From: a virus
Direction: 5' to 3' (one strand)
IMG/VR virus record: IMGVR_UViG_3300050122_000130
Location: 1 to 64,000 of that record
DNA: 64,000 nucleotides
This document shows, piece by piece, positions 15,997 through 25,857 of this stretch. The notes beneath the pieces were generated by a model. It was not told where the DNA came from. It ran no database searches and saw only the letters and a list, made by a program, of their open reading frames with translations. Within the stretch, counting starts at the first letter, position 1. Every line of letters starts with the position of its first letter. The translations under genes and the position numbers were made by a program.

Positions 15997-17447
15997 TGAC
16001 CACCCACCGCGGATTGATTGGCATCAGCCTGACGCTTCAGGCCAAGGTCGCGAAGCTTGTTCGTGAAGTCGACAGGATCCCTAACTCCGGTCACTGTGAC
16101 CGGACCGTTGATCTCGACCGTGTTGGTCGTGCCTCCGCCTCCGCCGTTTCGATCGATACCGGCCCACGCACCAAGGCCGCTTCTTGCCGCGCCATGATAT
16201 GCACTCCAACCATGAGCCTTGGCGTCATCGAGTGCGAATTGAATGGAGCGAGCCTCATTCGCAGGGTTGAGCGGATCGAGACCGGTCTTCGATCTGAATT
16301 CGTCGCCTACGGCATGTCCGCGGCCGCCCGGCGTGACGTGTAATTGAAAGGCACCTCCAGATGTGCCGCCATCGCCAGAGAACTGGTTAAAGCCCTCGCT
16401 GCGCGCCACCATCATGGCGACGTCAGGGCTGATACCGCGCTTAGCAGCTTCCGCTCGGATGAAGGCTTCTTTTTGGCCCGGCGACGTAAAACCACCTGAA
16501 ACAGATGTCGAATTTACCGATGGCTGCGTGAGGGAAGGAACAGCCTTTCCCGGCGCATAATCGCCCCAACCGAAAAGCGCATCCCAAGGCTTGGCTTCGG
16601 AAAGCGGTTTATCGAACAGCTCGTGCGCCAACGGCGACGCCGCATCTGCTGCTTTGAAGATCGCCGTCTTTCCGTAGTTTTCTGCCGAGACCTTCGCCGC
16701 ATCCCAGCGCCGCTGCACGCGGCCGGCGGCTTCAGCCTCGGCGTCGGTCCAGCCGGCGACCTTCTTCAGCATTTCAGTCATCTGATCGCCGCCGCGGATC
16801 AGCGCGTCGAACAGTCCAGCATCCATGCCCGGAATTTTTCCGGCGAGGTATGATGCCAAGTTTTTATTTTTATCATCAGCAAGATCGTGGATGATCTTCA
16901 GGTTATCAGCTGTCGCGATCAGCGCTGCATTAACTCCTTTTGTACCATCGATCGTCTTGGCATTATTCTTGTCGAGGCGTTCGGCTTCCGTATTGATGAC
17001 GCGGAACATTTGCATGATGCCCGGCGCTTCCGGACCACCGACCTGCCAAGCAGTGAAGACGTCCGACAGTGACTTGAACGCGCCAGCCATGTTCTCGCCG
17101 GTCGATCCGAATTCCCGCGCGACGCCCTGCCACTTGGATATTTCATTTGCAGAGACACCGATCGCGCGCGATAGCCGACCGACGTTAGCTCCGGCCTGGA
17201 GGGTGTTGACGACGAAATCCTTCAGGCCAGATGCGCCGGTCAGAACTGCGAAAAAACCCAGCGCGGTGTTGGTCAGCCCTCGAATGGCTTCGGATTCACG
17301 CTTGGTCCCCTCAGCGATCGTCTTAGAGCGCTTGGTGTTGGCGTCCTCCAGCCTTTTCAGATCATCGACAGCCGTTTTTGCTTTCGGACTGAAATTATTG
17401 GTGTCGAGACCGAGCTCGACAACGAGCGAGTCAATGATCGTTGCCAT
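15993..17447 (-). CDS. tape measure protein with C-terminal lytic transglycosylase-like domain
   Basis: MATIIDSLVVELGLD; EAAKRGI.P..A..VARSE..S.GAFQL. Confidence 0.85.
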   Translation of the reverse strand: MATIIDSLVVELGLDTNNFSPKAKTAVDDLKRLEDANTKRSKTIAEGTKRESEAIRGLTNTALGFFAVLTGASGLKDFVVNTLQAGANVGRLSRAIGVSANEISKWQGVAREFGSTGENMAGAFKSLSDVFTAWQVGGPEAPGIMQMFRVINTEAERLDKNNAKTIDGTKGVNAALIATADNLKIIHDLADDKNKNLASYLAGKIPGMDAGLFDALIRGGDQMTEMLKKVAGWTDAEAEAAGRVQRRWDAAKVSAENYGKTAIFKAADAASPLAHELFDKPLSEAKPWDALFGWGDYAPGKAVPSLTQPSVNSTSVSGGFTSPGQKEAFIRAEAAKRGISPDVAMMVARSEGFNQFSGDGGTSGGAFQLHVTPGGRGHAVGDEFRSKTGLDPLNPANEARSIQFALDDAKAHGWSAYHGAARSGLGAWAGIDRNGGGGGTTNTVEINGPVTVTGVRDPVDFTNKLRDLGLKRQADANQSAVGGQ

Positions 17448-17450
17448 GCG

Positions 17451-17687
17451 TTACTTCTTCCGCGCTGCCATGATTTGGCGATTATAGGCATCGACCGTAG
17501 CCACCTCGAGCAGATCATGACAATCCTCGATCGACAAGATCGTGGATAGGTCCCGCATCATCACGCCGCCGTAGACGCTGATGACGTTTCCGATGAGATT
17601 GGTGACGTTGACGAGTTCTGCGAATCCGGTTGTGTCGACGCCGATTCCGCCTTCAAGCTTGAGGCGAGCTCGGCGAACGTAAAACCC
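17451..17687 (-). CDS. C-terminal part of the frameshifted tail assembly chaperone (gpGT-like)
   Basis: The -1 frame after G GGT TTT is open to TAA at 17451: YVRRARLKLEGG...SIEDCHDLLEVATVDAYNRQIMAARKK. Confidence 0.8.
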   Translation of the reverse strand, partial: GFYVRRARLKLEGGIGVDTTGFAELVNVTNLIGNVISVYGGVMMRDLSTILSIEDCHDLLEVATVDAYNRQIMAARKK

Positions 17688-18052
17688 ATGTGGAGTTCGA
17701 TTAGCTCCTGCCGCAGGGTCTTCAGCGTTGTAATTTCCCAGAAGTCATTGTCGCCACCGAGCGGACGCGTCACAGCCTCTTCAACGATCTGGATCTGATG
17801 CAACATTTCGTCCATCAGCTTATCGACCGATGGCACGTCGCCGCCGGCCAGCGCCTGCATACCTCCGAGTACAAAGCCCCACATGCCGAGGGCTGCGACT
17901 TCCGATCGAATGTCGAGATCCTCGCGGTTCATCGCCATGATCGCGTGACGGGCCCAGCGCTCCGCCTGGAGCGCAGGCATTTCGGTGAGCAGATATTTCC
18001 TGCCCTTGTCACGGCCTTCCGCCGTGATCGTGACTTCCTTGGTCTTCAGCAT
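17561..18052 (-). CDS. tail assembly chaperone (gpG-like)
   Basis: GRDKG..Y.LTEMPA.QAE.W; between tube and TMP. Confidence 0.85.
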   Translation of the reverse strand: MLKTKEVTITAEGRDKGRKYLLTEMPALQAERWARHAIMAMNREDLDIRSEVAALGMWGFVLGGMQALAGGDVPSVDKLMDEMLHQIQIVEEAVTRPLGGDNDFWEITTLKTLRQELIELHMGFTFAELASSLKAESASTQPDSQNSSTSPISSETSSASTAA

Positions 18053-18053
18053 A

Positions 18054-18488
18054 TCAGCTCGAGGGTTGGGAAACGACGCTCTGCCATTCGACGCCGAACT
18101 TCCGGGGTTGCAGGATCTTCTTGACGTTGGGCGCCGGCATCCACTCAGTCAAGAAGCCTCGCGTCCAGGTCCATTTGGTTCCGAGGCTTTTGAGCAGCAA
18201 AATACCATTCGCTGGAAACGTATCTTCTTGAGCGTCCTGCGCCTGCTTCCACTGGTCAAACATGAAGCAGGACGGCGAGTCCGCCTGCAGCGTGTAGACG
18301 TACTTCACCTTGTTGAAGACGTAACCGCCGGACAGGAATCCGTCGACACCCATCAAGGTTTCCGCCACCGTCAGCGTGTCCACGTCGGCGACATCGTCGA
18401 CGGAGAACTGCTGCAGCTGCTGCGGCGTGCTGAAGATTCCCGGAATCGTAAACGTGATAACGGCGTTCGCCGCAGTCAGGCTGGTCAT
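18054..18488 (-). CDS. tail tube protein
   Basis: MGVDG.LSGG.V..LQADSPS; follows the sheath. Confidence 0.85.
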   Translation of the reverse strand: MTSLTAANAVITFTIPGIFSTPQQLQQFSVDDVADVDTLTVAETLMGVDGFLSGGYVFNKVKYVYTLQADSPSCFMFDQWKQAQDAQEDTFPANGILLLKSLGTKWTWTRGFLTEWMPAPNVKKILQPRKFGVEWQSVVSQPSS

Positions 18489-18518
18489 GGTTGATGTTCC
18501 TTGCTTGTGGGATGCGGA

Positions 18519-20294
18519 TTAGAGAACGGTGACCGTGCTCAGGCTAAACGACTGCACGCTTTCTCCGTCAACATAGAAGAACGTGATTTGTCGCGGACCG
18601 CGTCCCTGCCGAACAGTGGACGAAGGCGTGGTGAGGTAGAGATACCAGCCTTGATTCTGCAGCGTCGGACCGATGTTGAGGCCGCCCGCGGCCGCATTGG
18701 CTTGCGCGATCTGCGAAGCCGACAATGTCACGCCCGGCACGATCGCACCGAAGGTGATGAACTGCTGAACCGTCGGCGCGATCGCCGCCTCGACGGAGCC
18801 GTCGCCGGACGAGTTGAACGGGATGGAGTTGGACTGCTCGAGCAGTTCCATGAGATCCAACTGAAGCTGAGCGTTCAGCGCGATCTGGTTGATGTAGGTA
18901 TCGATCCACTGGAACGGCCCGGACACAAACCCGCGCTGATAATCGATGAAGCCCTGGTTCGCGGTCGCGATCCCGCCGTAATAGTTGTAGCCGTTGCCGC
19001 GATCGCCGGTGACTTGCGGATTGCCACCCAAATTGATCGCCGCCGTCGATGTGGTAACGCCCGGGACCATTCCGGTCTGTTTCTTGAAGGCCATCGAGAT
19101 CCGTCCGCCGGCCTGGTTGAAGTTGATCGAGGCCACTGCGCCGCAGACGAAGGCGCACAGGTTCTGATCGCCCAGCGGTTCTGACTGGATCGAGGTGCCG
19201 GAATAATTCCCGGCCGCGACGGCAGCCGCATAGCATGCAGCATCCGGGTTTTCAGTGAGAGGCGTCCCGTCGGTGTCGAACGGCACGTACATGAAGCGGT
19301 TGTTCTGGGAATTGTTCCAAGCCGTGAAAGCCAGCTTGTTGGTGAAGCCGGAACCGTTGTCTGGATCGAAGCAATGGGTGAACGTGGCCCAATTGGTCGA
19401 AATCGAGATCAGGTTGTTCATGAAGGTGGACGGCGTGGCCGCTGCCGCGCCCTGGGAGAGATATGCTCCGGTCGCCTGGGTCAGCAACAGATCCGTAGCG
19501 AGAGCCCCTGATGCGAACGCCATCGTCGAGCCGGCACCGGTCGTCCCGGAATTTATAACGAACGCAGACGTCACGCTGTCGAAATAAACGGCAGGTGCGA
19601 AGGAAGAGATCGTCTCCGGGGTCGCTTCCGTCATGGACTGGTTAAGATTGTAGGTTCCGGCGCCGCCGGTGCCGGTTCCGAAGGAGGCGATAAAAGTTCC
19701 CGCGGTGATGTTCGTACCGGTGATTTTCTGCCCAACGGCAATCGGATTGCCGGTGACGGAACCAGAGACCGTCAAAACGGCAGCCGCCACAGTTCCGGTG
19801 AAGGTCGCCTCCGCGACACCGGAAATGGCCAGATCGGTTTCGATGAGTTGCGCCGCATTGGTGAACGACGTGGCGCCGCTCAGATCGATGCTGGCAGTGG
19901 TCGGAGTGCCGTTGATCGTAACCGTCAGCGAGGCATTGAAAGCCTGGAGCTGGGTCAGTGTGATCGCGGATGCGTTGCCGCCCCACAGATAGGCGGACAC
20001 AGCATTTGGATTGTACTGAGCGACCAAGAGGGCACCGGGCTTGATGGTCGACGTGTCGAAACCACCAAAATAGCCGGATCCAAGATTAGTCCCGCCGCCG
20101 GCGAATTTGTACTCGGCAGAAACTCCGCCAAAGAACGACTGCACCGCGATCGGACCGCCGAACGACATCACGCTGCCAATCGGCACGCGCGTGCTCTTCG
20201 TCAACAGCATGCCGTTCAGCACCAGGCCGCTGCCGCCGGCCGCGAGAACTCCCGGATTGTTGGCAACGAAAAGCGAGGCGTTAATTGTGGTCAT
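18519..20294 (-). CDS. tail sheath protein (DUF3383-like)
   Basis: PGVLAAGG, NWATF, GYNYYG, WIDTYINQI motifs. Confidence 0.9.
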   Translation of the reverse strand: MTTINASLFVANNPGVLAAGGSGLVLNGMLLTKSTRVPIGSVMSFGGPIAVQSFFGGVSAEYKFAGGGTNLGSGYFGGFDTSTIKPGALLVAQYNPNAVSAYLWGGNASAITLTQLQAFNASLTVTINGTPTTASIDLSGATSFTNAAQLIETDLAISGVAEATFTGTVAAAVLTVSGSVTGNPIAVGQKITGTNITAGTFIASFGTGTGGAGTYNLNQSMTEATPETISSFAPAVYFDSVTSAFVINSGTTGAGSTMAFASGALATDLLLTQATGAYLSQGAAAATPSTFMNNLISISTNWATFTHCFDPDNGSGFTNKLAFTAWNNSQNNRFMYVPFDTDGTPLTENPDAACYAAAVAAGNYSGTSIQSEPLGDQNLCAFVCGAVASINFNQAGGRISMAFKKQTGMVPGVTTSTAAINLGGNPQVTGDRGNGYNYYGGIATANQGFIDYQRGFVSGPFQWIDTYINQIALNAQLQLDLMELLEQSNSIPFNSSGDGSVEAAIAPTVQQFITFGAIVPGVTLSASQIAQANAAAGGLNIGPTLQNQGWYLYLTTPSSTVRQGRGPRQITFFYVDGESVQSFSLSTVTVL

Positions 20295-20312
20295 AGGATC
20301 ATTTCCTCACGT

Positions 20313-21026
20313 TCAATCGGGAAAGACCACGTCGACATCGACGAGGCTGAGAGCGACCGCATCATAGAATTCCTGCGGTGTGGAAATAGAAGGCGTGATT
20401 TGAAGATGGACATCGACGGTCCATCGCTCTTCGTATTGAACAGCGGCCGTATGGAACGGCGACTGGATAGGATCATCCGAAAATAGCGGGGTCACGCCGG
20501 TGCCGGCCATCTGATCGACAGCAAAAGAACTCCGGATCACATTCGATATTACTTGAGCATTGTCGCCGCTATTCGGACCGTGGACATCGAGCTGCGCAAC
20601 GAACTCGGTCGAGGTTGCTATCGAGAGCGTGCCGGCGGACATTATCCTCGACCCGACAGTTTGCGTACCGGAAACGATATAGGTTCCGACGCCCCCAACT
20701 GTTCCGCTCGATTGCGATTGAACGATGGTACTGTTCGCGACACCGACACCAAAGACCTGGTTGCCTTCTTCAATCTCGCCGGAAGAAATTTCCGTTACGA
20801 TCATCTGATTGGCCGTAATCGAAGCCGTGAACTTGGTGTCGACCGGAGTCTCCAGGTTCGTCCCCAGCCGAGGGCGCCGAAGAGGCCACATCGATATGTA
20901 ATCTCCGCTCGGAGACGCCACTCTGTTGGTTTGACCCACGATGACGGATACGCCGGTCGGCAAGATAGCAGTCAATAGGTTGCCGAGCGCGGTGAAGACC
21001 GCACTCTCTACTATCGATGGGGTCAT
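20313..21026 (-). CDS. tail terminator / neck protein
   Basis: GQTNRV..P; QLDVHGP; PLF.DDP.Q; QYEERW. Confidence 0.8.
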   Translation of the reverse strand: MTPSIVESAVFTALGNLLTAILPTGVSVIVGQTNRVASPSGDYISMWPLRRPRLGTNLETPVDTKFTASITANQMIVTEISSGEIEEGNQVFGVGVANSTIVQSQSSGTVGGVGTYIVSGTQTVGSRIMSAGTLSIATSTEFVAQLDVHGPNSGDNAQVISNVIRSSFAVDQMAGTGVTPLFSDDPIQSPFHTAAVQYEERWTVDVHLQITPSISTPQEFYDAVALSLVDVDVVFPD

Positions 21027-21029
21027 CGT

Positions 21030-21446
21030 TTAGTTTGTGCTGACGCCGAAATTGATCACAACGCCAGAGCCGGCATTGGATGAATCGTTGTCGGCGATGC
21101 CGCCGACTAAACAAAAGCCAAGGCCGAGACCGAACAAATAACCTAGCGTTGATGGGATCACCGCACCTCCGCCTGAGCTCGATGTCCCGTAAGGCACCGG
21201 AATACTCAAAACAGGTACATCGGTGCCGGCAATCGGTGCCGTGGCCTTGTTGAATAGCTTCAAATAATAGATCACCGCCGTGGTGTTGATCGGCACTATA
21301 TCATGGAGGACTACCTTGCCAGCCTGCACCAGTGTGCAGTTCGTCGATACCGTGCTGAGATAATGCAGCGGAGCGCTCTGCGCGTGGGCGCGAATTGTGC
21401 CTAGCGATAGAAAAACCAAGCACACCAGGATATTGATCGCCTTCAT
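21030..21446 (-). CDS. exported small beta-sandwich protein
   Basis: Signal ..IRAHA-QS; YLKLFNKATAP.AGT..P resembles the C-terminal domain of 26816..28648. Confidence 0.75.
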   Translation of the reverse strand: MKAINILVCLVFLSLGTIRAHAQSAPLHYLSTVSTNCTLVQAGKVVLHDIVPINTTAVIYYLKLFNKATAPIAGTDVPVLSIPVPYGTSSSGGGAVIPSTLGYLFGLGLGFCLVGGIADNDSSNAGSGVVINFGVSTN

Positions 21447-21469
21447 AGTTTTTCCTTCTCTAGAGATAG

Positions 21470-21877
21470 TCACCAGTTTGTATATCCGGACGGCACGGTG
21501 AAGGCATAGGGCGTGGCACCAAAGTCCGTAGTGTTGGCGTCACCTCCAGACGAATTGAGAGAGACTATCGCGATGAACTGCAGCGCGGAGATCGTGCCTT
21601 CATACTGGATCGGTGCGTCAGTCACCGCGACCGGCTGGCCGACCGTCGCTGTCGGAGCTACGCCATCATCGCGATATCTAACTGCCTGGGTCTCGGCCTT
21701 GATAATCGCCAGCGATGGGACGCCATTGCAGGCAGCCGGGATCGTCAGCGACTGGACGGTCGTCACCGTGACCTGCAGGTAGCCGCACGGCACGCGACGG
21801 ATGCCGCTGTCGGCCATCGCGGAGCAGGGCAGCAGCCAAGCAGCCGCCAGCACCGCTAGAAGGGCGGTTCGGAGCAT
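21470..21877 (-). CDS. exported small phage protein, possibly chimeric
   Basis: GAAGGA RBS; signal ..SAMA-DS; VRYRDDGVAPTATVG. Confidence 0.7.
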   Translation of the reverse strand: MLRTALLAVLAAAWLLPCSAMADSGIRRVPCGYLQVTVTTVQSLTIPAACNGVPSLAIIKAETQAVRYRDDGVAPTATVGQPVAVTDAPIQYEGTISALQFIAIVSLNSSGGDANTTDFGATPYAFTVPSGYTNW

Positions 21878-22096
21878 GAGATTTCCTTCGGGATTTGTGG
21901 TAGATTTTACTCGTGGTCGCTGCTTAGCTCGAAGCGTGCCGCGGTCAAACACTGTTGGCCAAGGACTCCCATAGCCCCTCCCCGCCTGTAGATTTCAGGT
22001 TGTCAAGACGGGATATTTCGCTTCGAGCGACTGGCGCGTGCAGCGCAACCTGCGGTAACGGTTCCATCGGGGGATTGCCTCCCGGGGGAATTAAAG

Positions 22097-22261
22097 TTGA
22101 GTGCCAAACGTTCGGCTCGCCTACTTAAACCGGTCGAAAAGCCGCAGCCGGTTGATAGCCAGAAAGCTAAGGTGATCACACCGGCAAAAGACGAAAGCGT
22201 TGATGAGTTTGCCAGAAAGTCGTGCTTCGATGACGATGGGCAGTTTACTCTTGGGTCATAA
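22097..22261 (+). CDS. 54-aa antisense ORF (not in the ORF track)
   Basis: GGGGGA RBS, TTG start, open to TAA; fills the only large gap in the cassette. Confidence 0.4.
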   Translation: MSAKRSARLLKPVEKPQPVDSQKAKVITPAKDESVDEFARKSCFDDDGQFTLGS

Positions 22262-22264
22262 GGT

Positions 22265-24655
22265 TCACGGCAAATGACTTACCAAGATCGAGGTCTGTGG
22301 ATTGTCCGTGAACGGACCGCTCGGATAGCCGCTCGGTACAGCACTCAGGATGTAACTCGTCGGTGAATAGAATGCGGAATCGCCACCCACCCAGTAAGAC
22401 CAGCCCATATAAGGACCGGACGCCGAGACTTCGTTGGCCGAGAAATAATTGAACAGGTTGGTGGCGTCAGGCGGGCAACTGGAATCCTGCGACCATCCGG
22501 TTTCCCCGATGAATATCTTGACGCTGTTGGTGACGGCCCATGACGTTGCGGCTGTCATCGGCGCAGAGCCGTTGCCAGCACAAGCCGCATGTGTCCCCGA
22601 GAAATCGCTGTCGAGATATTCGTGCATCTCGTAGGCGACCTGCAAGCCTGCAGGTGGCGTATATCCGGCCCATGCCGTGCTGTTGCCGCAGGATACCCAA
22701 GAGTGCCCGCCGGTGTAGCAGGTGCCCTCAATCATCACGAGCTGTGCCGTCGTGACGCTCGCAATCGCGGTATTGACAGCGGTCTGTGCGGTAAACCATT
22801 GCGCCGCCGTCTGCACATTTGGTTCGTTCATCACGTCAAAAATGACGTTCGGATAGTTCTTGAACTTGGTAGCCATCCGGGTCCAGAAATCGACGAGTTG
22901 GGCAGTCGCTTCCGAACTGATGCCGGGATAGATGATCGAGTAATTCAGCAGCGTGTCGTTGACCTGTCCGAACAGATGATCATCAATCATGACGTACATA
23001 TTTTGCGAAAAGGCATAATCAATCACCGCCTTCATCGCGGTAAGATTGGTCTGCGTCCCTGAAGTCGCGAACGCCGATTGCGCGGGCTCGTCGCACCGTC
23101 CGACCAATCCGTCTGGGCTGGCGAGCCGGGGGCAGTTCGTGCTGTTGCGGACGAATGAAACCGGGTCCAAAGGGCCGTAGACATCGGGTTGCAACCGAAG
23201 CTGATGGATGGGCATCCGGATCAGGCCCATGCCTTTACCGCCCCAATAGGCCGTGTTCGTGTTTTCCGGGTAGATATAATTATATTGAGATGACGAGGGG
23301 TATGTGAACTCCGCACCCGAGATATTGACTCCCTTGTAATTGATCGGTGTGAAGGTCCCGCTCGGCGCGGCGAACGCCGTCTCTGCGGGGGCAACCGCTT
23401 TGACGGTGATAACGGTATTGGCATCGGTGGATAAGGCAGTCGAAGAACTTGTGACCAATAGCGTAATCGTTTCGGTTTGCGTGGCCGTAGCGCTTCCGGG
23501 GTTATAGACGATCGATTGCAGTTCCGAAGTAATAGTAGCTGGCGTGGCCGAGGCCAGAGTATAGGGACCGCTCCCGCTCAATCCGGTTCCGGTAAGCGTT
23601 CCCCCGGCAGACCCGGAGAGTGTCAATGTAGCGCTGTCTGTGTTCCCGACATCGGCGACAGTCACATTAACTGACTGGAACGTGGATGGCGCACCGCCGC
23701 CATGGATGAATGGCATATTGGACTTGCCGACTACCGTCACAGTCGGGCCTGCCCCGGCAATCTGTGGCGGCAGGGCGGATAGCGGATCTGGCAACGTTGT
23801 GGAGTAATAGGTATTGTCCGTAGTGTTGAAATTTCCGATCACGGTCGGCGTCAGTTCGTCATAGGTGACGATGATCTCCTGCCACGACCCGATATAGTCC
23901 TGACCACCGAATCTGAAATGATTGACATCAAACTCTGTACCGCCTCCAGCGGGAGCGAACGTGAACGCCGCGACGCTAGAGCTAGCGACCAGAGAACCAT
24001 TCTGGAAACCGTTGACGTTATTGGTCGAATAAAGATCGCTGAATGAGCCCGCCAGATTAGCCCAGCCCGTATTTGAACCGAGACTGACGGATGTCCCGCC
24101 GCTATTCGGTGCCACCAGGTAAGCATTCGATAGCATCCGGAACTGGAGGCTGAAGATGTCCTGGGACAGCAACACTCCAGAAGTTGCGTTCATTCTTGCG
24201 ATCACCGTTTGCAGTCCCTGCCCGGAACTCGGCGAATTGCTGATCATGTATTCGCCAGCCGCCACGGTCACTTCTGGATACCCGAGTGAATTGACCAGCG
24301 TCAGGATCGGCGCGGCGCCCATGCTGGAGGTGTCGAGATGATTTGCGGACGGGCTTTGGTCGTAGATGATTGCAATCGCAATCGATCGCGAGGTGGCCCA
24401 GTCCTGAATGGCTTGCCGTGGCAGGTTTCCAGCCGCATTGAAGTTAAAATCCATCTGCGCACTGTCTGACGCGCGCTGCAAACGAATGGCCGGGCCGCTA
24501 TAGGTCGGGTAAATCTTGCGAAGCGCGTAGATGTTGGAAACGTGGGTCGCGGTTGCGAAATTCCCCAATGAGACGGACGAGCCATGTAGGCCGATCCCGG
24601 CGGCCGACACCCACGCAATGAGGATGAGCAAGCAGGCGCTAACTGCTTTGCGCAT
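22265..24655 (-). CDS. exported GH5 endoglucanase with N-terminal LamG/arabinofuranosidase-B-like and Ig-like domains
   Basis: GVNISGAEF, MNEP (acid/base), HEYLD, GETGW (nucleophile); YALRK..Y.G..IR..R N-domain; signal peptide. Confidence 0.9.
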   Translation of the reverse strand: MRKAVSACLLILIAWVSAAGIGLHGSSVSLGNFATATHVSNIYALRKIYPTYSGPAIRLQRASDSAQMDFNFNAAGNLPRQAIQDWATSRSIAIAIIYDQSPSANHLDTSSMGAAPILTLVNSLGYPEVTVAAGEYMISNSPSSGQGLQTVIARMNATSGVLLSQDIFSLQFRMLSNAYLVAPNSGGTSVSLGSNTGWANLAGSFSDLYSTNNVNGFQNGSLVASSSVAAFTFAPAGGGTEFDVNHFRFGGQDYIGSWQEIIVTYDELTPTVIGNFNTTDNTYYSTTLPDPLSALPPQIAGAGPTVTVVGKSNMPFIHGGGAPSTFQSVNVTVADVGNTDSATLTLSGSAGGTLTGTGLSGSGPYTLASATPATITSELQSIVYNPGSATATQTETITLLVTSSSTALSTDANTVITVKAVAPAETAFAAPSGTFTPINYKGVNISGAEFTYPSSSQYNYIYPENTNTAYWGGKGMGLIRMPIHQLRLQPDVYGPLDPVSFVRNSTNCPRLASPDGLVGRCDEPAQSAFATSGTQTNLTAMKAVIDYAFSQNMYVMIDDHLFGQVNDTLLNYSIIYPGISSEATAQLVDFWTRMATKFKNYPNVIFDVMNEPNVQTAAQWFTAQTAVNTAIASVTTAQLVMIEGTCYTGGHSWVSCGNSTAWAGYTPPAGLQVAYEMHEYLDSDFSGTHAACAGNGSAPMTAATSWAVTNSVKIFIGETGWSQDSSCPPDATNLFNYFSANEVSASGPYMGWSYWVGGDSAFYSPTSYILSAVPSGYPSGPFTDNPQTSILVSHLP

Positions 24656-25857
24656 CACTGAATCCACGCCGGGTTGACGTTGCCGGAATTATACACCGCT
24701 GGGTAGCCCGTGCTACCAGTCGGATGAACGTCGCTCCATGGTGAGTTGGAGGCTGTACCGTTCACGATCCAGATGCCATCGCCTTGAACGAATTCAAGCG
24801 CGCCAGCAACTTCGAAGTAGTGTGGTGTCAACCCACGGACCCAAGTGTTGTAAATCTGCTTCTGGGCGTTGCAGCCGCATGGAGTCTGGCCGGCGGTGGT
24901 TGAATAGTTATCGGAACTGGAGCCGCCGGACGGCCCAATCGTGATCGAAATCAGCGGACCATAAGAAGCCAGCGCCGAAGTCATCGATGCGACGTAGCCT
25001 TCGACCGTGGCCGCGCTTTCACCAAAGTTGAAATCGTTGACGCCATACTCGTTGATGAAACTAGAAAAATATTGCGCGAGTTGGATGCGCTTGGCGTGGC
25101 CAGAAACCCAACTTCCAATGCTGTCACCGGGGATACCATAATTGGCAGTCGGAACCGTGGATATGATTGATGGGACAATTACGCCTCCGTTCGGCGTATC
25201 GCCCGTACTCGTGCCGCTCTCGCCTATGCCATAGGCTATGCTGTCGCCCCAGACAGCAACGGCAGGATGGGTATGGTCCCCCGCAATAACGACCGCCCCG
25301 AACTGAAATCCATTTGACGTGTTGCTGGGAAAGCCGCCTCCCATCGTGTAATTGGGAACTGTCGTGCCAAATTGTGTCACGCCCTGGTATAGACTGGTGC
25401 CAGTCTCATACTGGTTCATCCCAGGAATCACGTTTGCCGAGTTCGAACACCACACATAAATCTCGACCTCGGAATTTGCAGCAACCGAAACGGAGATGAC
25501 ATCAGAAGTTAAAAAGTCACCTGTCGTGGACCCAGACGCATTCCCCCCGAACGTGAACTGGTTGAATGGCCCGGTGACCGCAGGATATCTGGCGGATGCT
25601 GAGCAGGTGAGAGTGCCACCAGTGTTTGTTTCGCCGACAACATTTGGCAGCACGATCTGCAAATGGTTGACAGCGTAAATATTTTGCGTGGCCTGATAGG
25701 ATAAAACCTCTGCCGCACTGACCGACGTAACGGGATAATTTGTGGCCGATACCGTCTGCCGAAGTCCTGATGGAGCGTTGGCGCTCCCGTGTATCCAATT
25801 CGCGCTAACCAGCGAAACAATGGCGAGAATTGCGAACCTGATAACGGCGCCTAGCAT
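24655..25857 (-). CDS. exported SGNH/GDSL esterase
   Basis: GDSI, GVND and DVHP blocks; hydrophobic N-terminus. Confidence 0.85.
   Translation of the reverse strand: MLGAVIRFAILAIVSLVSANWIHGSANAPSGLRQTVSATNYPVTSVSAAEVLSYQATQNIYAVNHLQIVLPNVVGETNTGGTLTCSASARYPAVTGPFNQFTFGGNASGSTTGDFLTSDVISVSVAANSEVEIYVWCSNSANVIPGMNQYETGTSLYQGVTQFGTTVPNYTMGGGFPSNTSNGFQFGAVVIAGDHTHPAVAVWGDSIAYGIGESGTSTGDTPNGGVIVPSIISTVPTANYGIPGDSIGSWVSGHAKRIQLAQYFSSFINEYGVNDFNFGESAATVEGYVASMTSALASYGPLISITIGPSGGSSSDNYSTTAGQTPCGCNAQKQIYNTWVRGLTPHYFEVAGALEFVQGDGIWIVNGTASNSPWSDVHPTGSTGYPAVYNSGNVNPAWIQ

Noticed and set aside
22180-22215. GAAA and TGATGAG close together, suggesting a hammerhead ribozyme or c-di-GMP riboswitch
   Set aside because: Order and spacing leave no room for the required stems, and the region reads as a small ORF.
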